Source: Clostridia bacterium
GTDB lineage: Bacteria > Bacillota > Clostridia > Oscillospirales > QAKW01
Assembly: GCA_017482195.1 (NCBI GenBank)
Contig: JAFUNM010000048.1
Location: forward strand, 1-56,757
Direction of reading: 5' to 3'
DNA length: 56,757 nucleotides
The notes beneath the pieces are model-generated. The model was given only the letters and a program-made list of their open reading frames with translations, had not been told where the DNA came from and did no database searches. Positions 51,765 through 56,757 of this stretch are shown piece by piece. Position 1 is the stretch's first letter, and every line of letters begins with the position of its first letter. The position numbers and the translations under genes are program-made.

Positions 51765-53117
51765 ATGAAAATGAAACGCCGGATCGCTCTGCTGCTGATC
51801 GCCGTGATGACCCTCACTCTGGTCTGCAGCTGCAAGAGCAAGGATAACAACGATGAGGCGGTTATCGACGATTATGTCGAACAAAAAGACAACGATATCG
51901 ACGATAAAGATATCAACACCTCCCCCGGCGGCAGCGATGAGCCCGACGGCAGCGACGAACCGGCGGACGACGGGGATGAGCCTGCCAAAGGCGATGACGA
52001 CGGAGATGAACCTGCTGATGACGGTGATGAACCCTCCGATGACGGCAATGAACCGGCAGATGACGGGGATGAGCCTGCCAACGACGGAGACGAACCGGCC
52101 GCCGATAACAGCGATCCCGCTCCCGTAACGAAGGAAAGCAGCGGCACCGCCATCACCTTCATGGTGCAGAACCTTAAAACGTCCGGTAACCAAAAGGGTG
52201 TGCAGGGCGAGCGCACCGATACCCTGGAGCGTACCGGCCAGGCCAACGAGGTTTACAGCCGCTCCCGTCGTTTCCGTGAAAATGTAAAGCGGGTGGATCC
52301 GGATGTGATCCTGACCTGCGAAGGCACTCCCGCCTGGATCGACTGGTTTGAGACCGACAGTTATTTTTCCTCAAACTACACTCTCCTCTATATGTACCGT
52401 GCACCGGAGGGCTTTGAGATCAATCAGGCCACCCCGCTCCTCTATAAGACCAATAAATACACTGTGGTGGAAAGCGGCCATTTCTGGCATTCCGAAACCC
52501 CAAAAAAGCAATCCCTCTGCTACGATACCGAAGGATATCGGGTTGCTACTTGGGCCCTGCTGAAGGATAATAAGACCGGCGATGAATTTTACGCCTACAC
52601 CTGCCATATCGACAACAACAGCTATGACGGCGGCACCGCCGGTATCAGCACCATGGAGCAGTATCAGACTATGCTGAGTCAGTTGCCCGAGGATTCCTTT
52701 GCATTTGTAGGCGGCGACTACAATATCAGCTATCAGGATGCGATCTATGAGATGACCATGGATTGGGAAAGAATGATCGACCTGAAGGATCAGGCCCTCA
52801 ACATGAAAGAGGACGGTCTTGCAGAGATCGGCGGCAACTCCGGTTCGGTCAACACAGATTACGAAAAGGATAAATACGGCGGTCTCTACGGCACCCCGCC
52901 CATCCAGGATGCTCCCAACGGCTCCAGCGCGTTGGATCATCTGATGGCCAAACCCAACGCCAATATGGCAGTGGATTACTGGGGCTATGACTATACCACC
53001 ACCGCCCTCCCCGAAGAGAATGTGGCAGAAGGTTATGTTTCCGACCACTATGCCGTAGTTGTCAAGGTTCGCATCAACACGACGGCAGACTATTCTCAAT
53101 ACCAAGTACAAAACTGA
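51765..53117 (+). CDS. EEP family protein, paralog 2, exported lipoprotein-like form with a D/E/P/G-rich repeat linker
   Basis: The signal peptide ends TLVCSC. The linker is (GDEPxDD)n. The EEP domain carries the same landmarks (QNL, CEG, CHID, GGDYN, LDHLM, SDHY). Confidence 0.75.
   Translation: MKMKRRIALLLIAVMTLTLVCSCKSKDNNDEAVIDDYVEQKDNDIDDKDINTSPGGSDEPDGSDEPADDGDEPAKGDDDGDEPADDGDEPSDDGNEPADDGDEPANDGDEPAADNSDPAPVTKESSGTAITFMVQNLKTSGNQKGVQGERTDTLERTGQANEVYSRSRRFRENVKRVDPDVILTCEGTPAWIDWFETDSYFSSNYTLLYMYRAPEGFEINQATPLLYKTNKYTVVESGHFWHSETPKKQSLCYDTEGYRVATWALLKDNKTGDEFYAYTCHIDNNSYDGGTAGISTMEQYQTMLSQLPEDSFAFVGGDYNISYQDAIYEMTMDWERMIDLKDQALNMKEDGLAEIGGNSGSVNTDYEKDKYGGLYGTPPIQDAPNGSSALDHLMAKPNANMAVDYWGYDYTTTALPEENVAEGYVSDHYAVVVKVRINTTADYSQYQVQN
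51936..52107 (+). repeat. About 8 imperfect 21-nt tandem repeats (coding; unit GAT GAR CCN GCN GAY GAC GGN, giving DEPADDG)
   Basis: Read directly from the sequence: gatgagcctgcc..., gatgaacctgctgatgacggt, gatgaaccctccgatgacggc, aatgaaccggcagatgacggg, and so on. Confidence 0.8.
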
Positions 53118-53122
53118 TTTTT

Positions 53123-53150
53123 AAAAAGAGCCTCTGCAGAGGCTCTTTTT
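53123..53150 (+). terminator. Rho-independent terminator
   Basis: aaaagagcctctg pairs with cagaggctctttt and is followed by a T-run. Confidence 0.8.
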
Positions 53151-53152
53151 TA

Positions 53153-53182
53153 TTGACTTTTCCGTTTGGACTTCTATATAAT
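53153..53182 (+). promoter_or_regulatory. Promoter of EEP paralogs 3-4
   Basis: TTGACT (53153-53158), an 18-nt spacer, then TATAAT (53177-53182). Confidence 0.55.
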
Positions 53183-53211
53183 AAAGATACGAAATAAAAG
53201 GAGCTTGCTTT

Positions 53212-54549
53212 ATGAAACACAAGCGTTGGATTGCCTTTTTACTGATCGCAGGAATGACCCTCACGCTGATCTGCAGCTGCAAAACCAAAGAGGAAGAGGA
53301 TTTTTCTGCCCAGGTGGGCGAATTTGTAGAAAATGAAGCACCCGAAGAAAAAGAAGAGGAGCCTTCCGAAAAAGAGGAAAAAGAGCCGGAAAAAGAGGAG
53401 CCGGAACGCGAGGAGGAAAAACAGCCCTCGGAAGAAGAGAAAAAGGAAGAACCCTCTAAAGAAGAGAAGGAAGAGGAGCCGACTCCGTCCGAAGAGGAAA
53501 AGAAAGAGGGAAAAGTGCCTTCTGAGGAATCGGATCCCGACCCGGCGCCTGTGACCAAGGAAACCAGCGGAACGCCCATTACCATTATGGTACAAAACCT
53601 CAAGACCTCCGGCTCCCAGACTGCCGATTATCAGGGTCAGCGCACCGACACGCTGGGCCGTACCGGCCAGGCCAACGAGCTCTATAGCCGTGCCCGCCGT
53701 TTCCGGGAAAATGTAAAGCGGGTGGATCCCGATGTGATCCTCGGCTGCGAGGGGAAGACCGGCTGGGTCAAGTGGTTTGAGGAAGAGGCCTATTTCAAGA
53801 GCAATTACACCCTGGTCTATAATTGGGTCAGCGGCGTAAAAGAGGGCGTAGATAACGACAGCTGCACCCTGGTGCTCTTCAAGACCGACCAATATGAGCT
53901 TTTGGACAGCGGCATCTTTTGGTATGCCGAGGATCCCACCAAGCCCGGCTCCTTTGTGGAAGGCGGCAAGCATGGCTGCACCTGGGCAAAGCTGAAGGAT
54001 AAAACCACCGACGCGGAGTTTTATGCCCTCGCCATCCATATCCCCAACAACAGCTATGAAGGCGGCGACTCCGGCTTTAAATGCATGGAGGTGCTGAACA
54101 CCTTTATCGACGGTCTGCCTGCAGGCTCCTATGCCTTTGCCGGCGGCGACTACAATATCGGCTACCGGGATGCGGTTTATGAAGGCAGCGTGGAATTCGA
54201 TAAAATGTTTGATCTGAAGGATCAGGCCCTCAACATGAAGGCAGACGGTCTCAGCGAGATCGGCGGAAACAAAGGCTCGGTCAACACCGATTATGAAAAG
54301 GATAAATACGGCGGCATCTACGGCACCCCGCCGGTGGTCAGTGACCCCGGGGACACCCAAAAGATTGACCATCTGATGGCAAAACCCAATGTCAATCTGG
54401 CCATCGACTATTGGGGCTATGACTATACTACCGTATCCATTCCCGCAGAAAATGTCGTTGAAGGATATGTCTCCGATCACTATGCATTAGTAGCAAAGGT
54501 ACGCATCGGCACCGATGCCGATTATTCTCAATACCAAGAAAGGGCATAA
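53212..54549 (+). CDS. EEP family protein, paralog 3, exported lipoprotein-like form with an E/K/P-rich linker
   Basis: The signal peptide ends TLICSC. The linker reads EEKEEEPSEKEEKEPEKEEPEREEEKQPSEEEKKEEPSKEEKEEEP. The EEP landmarks are conserved. Confidence 0.75.
   Translation: MKHKRWIAFLLIAGMTLTLICSCKTKEEEDFSAQVGEFVENEAPEEKEEEPSEKEEKEPEKEEPEREEEKQPSEEEKKEEPSKEEKEEEPTPSEEEKKEGKVPSEESDPDPAPVTKETSGTPITIMVQNLKTSGSQTADYQGQRTDTLGRTGQANELYSRARRFRENVKRVDPDVILGCEGKTGWVKWFEEEAYFKSNYTLVYNWVSGVKEGVDNDSCTLVLFKTDQYELLDSGIFWYAEDPTKPGSFVEGGKHGCTWAKLKDKTTDAEFYALAIHIPNNSYEGGDSGFKCMEVLNTFIDGLPAGSYAFAGGDYNIGYRDAVYEGSVEFDKMFDLKDQALNMKADGLSEIGGNKGSVNTDYEKDKYGGIYGTPPVVSDPGDTQKIDHLMAKPNVNLAIDYWGYDYTTVSIPAENVVEGYVSDHYALVAKVRIGTDADYSQYQERA
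53341..53512 (+). repeat. Purine-rich low-complexity coding tract (GAA/GAG/AAA/CCN)
   Basis: Read directly from the sequence. It encodes the E/K/P linker of paralog 3. Confidence 0.75.
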
Positions 54550-54551
54550 AA

Positions 54552-55535
54552 ATGAAAAGAGAAACTTCCATCAAATTTTTTGTGCAAAATTTACGGATCG
54601 GCGGACATCAGACCGCGGATCACCAGGGTCAGCGGACCGACACCTTGGGCCGCACCGGACAGGCCAATGAGCTCTATAGCCGCGCCCGCCGTTTTCGGGA
54701 ATTGGTAAAGAAAAATGACCCTGATGTGATCCTGACACAGGAGTGCTCCACCGGCTGGGCCGACTGGATGGTCAAAGATGCCCATATGGCCGCCACCTAC
54801 GGCCTTGTATACCATTGGGACGGTACCAACCCGCCCGGAATGCAAAGCGCCTCCCCCATCCTTTTCAAAAAAGAAACGTATGCCTTGGAGGAAAGCGGCT
54901 GCTTCTGGTTCTCTGAGACTCCCGATGTGATCTCCCTGCCCTACTGTACCGAAAAAGAGCATCCCCGCATCGTTTCCTGGACACAGCTGCGGGATCGTAA
55001 GACCGGGGTTTCTTTCCGTGTCTATTCCATCCATATGCCCAATTACCGCCCCCGCCCCCTGGATCCGGTGGGTGTTAAAAGCATGACGCAGCTGGTCAAC
55101 CTGTTCGGTGATCTGCCCGAGGGGATCTATGCCTTTGCCGGCGGTGATTTCAATATTGATTACCGGGACGATGTCTATGAGCATTGCCTGGATTGGACCA
55201 AAATGATCGACCTGAAGGATCAGGCGCTGAATACGGGTGCCGAGATCGGCGGGAATACCGGCTCGGTCTGTCCCCGTTACCAAAAACCCGAAACCGGCGG
55301 CAACTACGGTACTCCGGAGATCATTGAAGCCGCCCCCAACAGTCAGGCGCTGGATCACCTGATGGCAAAACCCCATCCTAACATCGCGGTGGACTACTGG
55401 GGCTATGACTATACTCACATGGCCATTCCCGAAGAGAATGTAGCTGACGGGTATGTCTCCGATCACTACGGCCTTACCGTCAAGCTTCGCATCCAAACGG
55501 ATGAGGATCATTCCGAATATCAAAAGAAACATTAA
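54552..55535 (+). CDS. EEP family protein, paralog 4, no signal peptide
   Basis: It starts 2 nt after the paralog 3 stop. Landmarks are QNL, TQEC, IHMPN, GGDFN, LDHLM and SDHY. Confidence 0.75.
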   Translation: MKRETSIKFFVQNLRIGGHQTADHQGQRTDTLGRTGQANELYSRARRFRELVKKNDPDVILTQECSTGWADWMVKDAHMAATYGLVYHWDGTNPPGMQSASPILFKKETYALEESGCFWFSETPDVISLPYCTEKEHPRIVSWTQLRDRKTGVSFRVYSIHMPNYRPRPLDPVGVKSMTQLVNLFGDLPEGIYAFAGGDFNIDYRDDVYEHCLDWTKMIDLKDQALNTGAEIGGNTGSVCPRYQKPETGGNYGTPEIIEAAPNSQALDHLMAKPHPNIAVDYWGYDYTHMAIPEENVADGYVSDHYGLTVKLRIQTDEDHSEYQKKH

Positions 55536-55539
55536 TTCA

Positions 55540-55571
55540 AAAGAGGAAACGCGGCGCGTTTCCTCTTTTTT
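55540..55571 (+). terminator. Rho-independent terminator
   Basis: gaggaaacgc pairs with gcgtttcctc and is followed by TTTTTT. Confidence 0.8.
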
Positions 55572-55644
55572 AATGAGATTCTCATCTTTTATTATATAAA
55601 AGTCTGGTATAATATACGTGATTATACATAAAGGAGCCGAAATT

Positions 55645-56478
55645 ATGACCCGCAAAATCGTTGTGGACTCCTCTGCAGATCCCTTTGCATGGGCCGGAGC
55701 CGAGATCGGCTGCGCCTCCCTGAAGATCATCACCGACCAAAAGGAATATGTGGATGACGCAAAATTAGATATTAAAAAAATGGTGAAAGAGCTTGCCGAG
55801 TATAAGGGCAAATCCGGCACCGCCTGCCCCTCCACTGAGGATTGGCTTTCTGCCTTCGGCGAGGCTGAGGAGGTTTATTGTGTTTCTATTACCAGTAACC
55901 TTTCCGGCAGCTACAATGCAGCCCGTCTGGCGGCGGAACGGTATACGGAGGAACACCCCGACCGTAAGGCTATGGTAGTGGATTCCCTTTCCGCAGGCCC
56001 TGAACTGCGGCTGATTACCCGCAAACTGCAAAAATATATCGGTACCGAGTACTCCTTTGAAGAGATCAAAGAGAAGATCGCTGCCTATCAGCAAAAGACC
56101 GGTCTGCTCTTTATGCTGGAATCCATGCGCAATCTGGCCAATAACGGCAGAGTCAGTCCCTTAGTAGCTAAGATGGCAGGGCTTTTGGGCATCCGGGTAG
56201 TGGGCAAGGCCAGCGACGAGGGAACTCTGGAGCCGTTGGAGAAACCCCGGGGCAGAGAAAAAGCCTTGGAGGCGCTGATGACTCAACTGAAAAAGCACAA
56301 TTTCAACGGAAAAAAGATCTATATCGCCCATTGCTTTAATCCTGAGGCGGCAGCGGATCTGAAGGAGCGTGTTTTGGCGGCCTTCCCCAAATGCAAAGCA
56401 ACGGTCTACGCCTTGGGCGGTCTTTGCAGCTTTTATGCAGAAAAAGGCGGCCTGCTGGTAGGCTACGAAAAAACATAA
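55645..56478 (+). CDS. DegV-family fatty-acid-binding protein
   Basis: Start at MTRKIVVDSSAD behind AAGGAG. The pattern includes TSNLSGSYNAA and NGRVS. Confidence 0.8.
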   Translation: MTRKIVVDSSADPFAWAGAEIGCASLKIITDQKEYVDDAKLDIKKMVKELAEYKGKSGTACPSTEDWLSAFGEAEEVYCVSITSNLSGSYNAARLAAERYTEEHPDRKAMVVDSLSAGPELRLITRKLQKYIGTEYSFEEIKEKIAAYQQKTGLLFMLESMRNLANNGRVSPLVAKMAGLLGIRVVGKASDEGTLEPLEKPRGREKALEALMTQLKKHNFNGKKIYIAHCFNPEAAADLKERVLAAFPKCKATVYALGGLCSFYAEKGGLLVGYEKT

Positions 56479-56671
56479 AAAGAGGAGCCTTGGGCAGTCC
56501 TTCGTAAGGAATAAGTGCCTTAAAATTCAAGATTTTGGCGCAAATCTGCGTTAAAAATGCGCGCCATCGTCAGGATGCTTTGCATTTTATGCCTTGCTTT
56601 GTATCCAAACCTTTGAATTTTAAGGTGCAAGGCAGTTTTGAGATACAGATTTTTCGTTCAGGCGACGCAAT

Positions 56672-56715
56672 AAAATTCCCGCAATGCTGACGCATTACGG
56701 GAATTTTTTGTTTTG
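56672..56715 (+). terminator. Strong extended hairpin terminator
   Basis: aaaattcccg (56672-56681) pairs with cgggaatttt (56698-56707), with an inner aatgc/gcatt stem. It is followed by TTTTTTGTTTT, and an A/T-run is also present for the minus strand. Confidence 0.7.
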
Positions 56716-56757
56716 TATGAGCGGAAAAGATGCTCTCAAAACCGCTTCTTCCTTGCG

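Noticed and set aside
51936-52107. Regularly spaced 21-nt repeats considered as a possible CRISPR-like or minisatellite element
   Set aside because: The repeats are contiguous with no spacers, in frame, and translate to the DEPADDG linker of an expressed-looking gene. No cas genes are present in the window.
53239-55835. Two very long minus-strand ORFs (413 aa and 414 aa), antisense to EEP paralogs 3 and 4
   Set aside because: The sense strand encodes four mutually homologous proteins with conserved catalytic motifs. The antisense frames are low-complexity (G/I/V/A/F-rich; one mirrors the E/K linker as F/L/R repeats) and lack start-site signals.
56557-56616. 19-codon ORF MRAIVRMLCILCLALYPNL in the degV downstream region
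   Set aside because: It has no SD and lies inside predicted RNA secondary structure. It is too short and unsupported to call.

Overview
This 56.8-kb window is a chromosomal segment with compact operons punctuated by terminators. Most of it is about 50-57% G+C in my hand counts of sample lines. The gene content points to a strictly anaerobic Firmicute, probably a gut Clostridia lineage. That assignment is an inference from the content (Rnf complex, bile-salt hydrolase, ECF S-components, riboswitches), not a database hit.

Layout from left to right:
- 1-5.1 kb: an AT-richer block. It holds two tandem ABC-2 ATPase/permease pairs, one of whose permeases is broken by an in-frame TAA. It also holds five small uncharacterised proteins driven by a thrice-repeated 54-bp promoter-like module.
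- 5.2-13.7 kb: rnfCDGEAB, extended by a NusG-domain-II protein, a Gx-transporter (PF07456-like) protein, a duplicated lipoprotein and the flavin transferase ApbE.
- 13.9-17.9 kb: a GT-C-like membrane protein, a Na+/glutamate-symporter-like protein and a PlsC-type acyltransferase.
- 18.1-21.9 kb: an operon of a 2-enoate/2,4-dienoyl-reductase-type flavoenzyme with a two-subunit aconitase X.
- 21.9-24.9 kb: a clearly AT-rich subtilase gene whose catalytic Asp position reads Glu, followed by a lipoprotein gene.
- 25.0-27.9 kb: one in-frame MFS transporter-GH2 glycosidase fusion.
- 27.9-30.3 kb: an RHH/XRE regulator cluster, a bile-salt hydrolase and tRNA-Val(GAC).
- 30.3-50.6 kb: housekeeping and salvage genes. 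These include a cobalamin riboswitch upstream of DUF4430 and ECF-S genes, a THF riboswitch upstream of folT, a birA-bioY operon, trmL, clpC, mtnN, transporters and an ABC exporter.
- 50.7-55.5 kb: four tandem paralogs of an endonuclease/exonuclease/phosphatase (EEP) protein. Two are cytoplasmic and two are exported lipoprotein-like forms with acidic low-complexity linkers.
- 55.6-56.8 kb: degV, then a structured non-coding tail.

I found no CRISPR array, rRNA gene, transposase or integrase. The regions I consider most worth follow-up are the EEP paralog array, the 54-bp promoter module with its small-protein cluster, the Rnf-linked flavinylation module, the enoate-reductase/AcnX operon, the Glu-variant subtilase island and the MFS-GH2 fusion.
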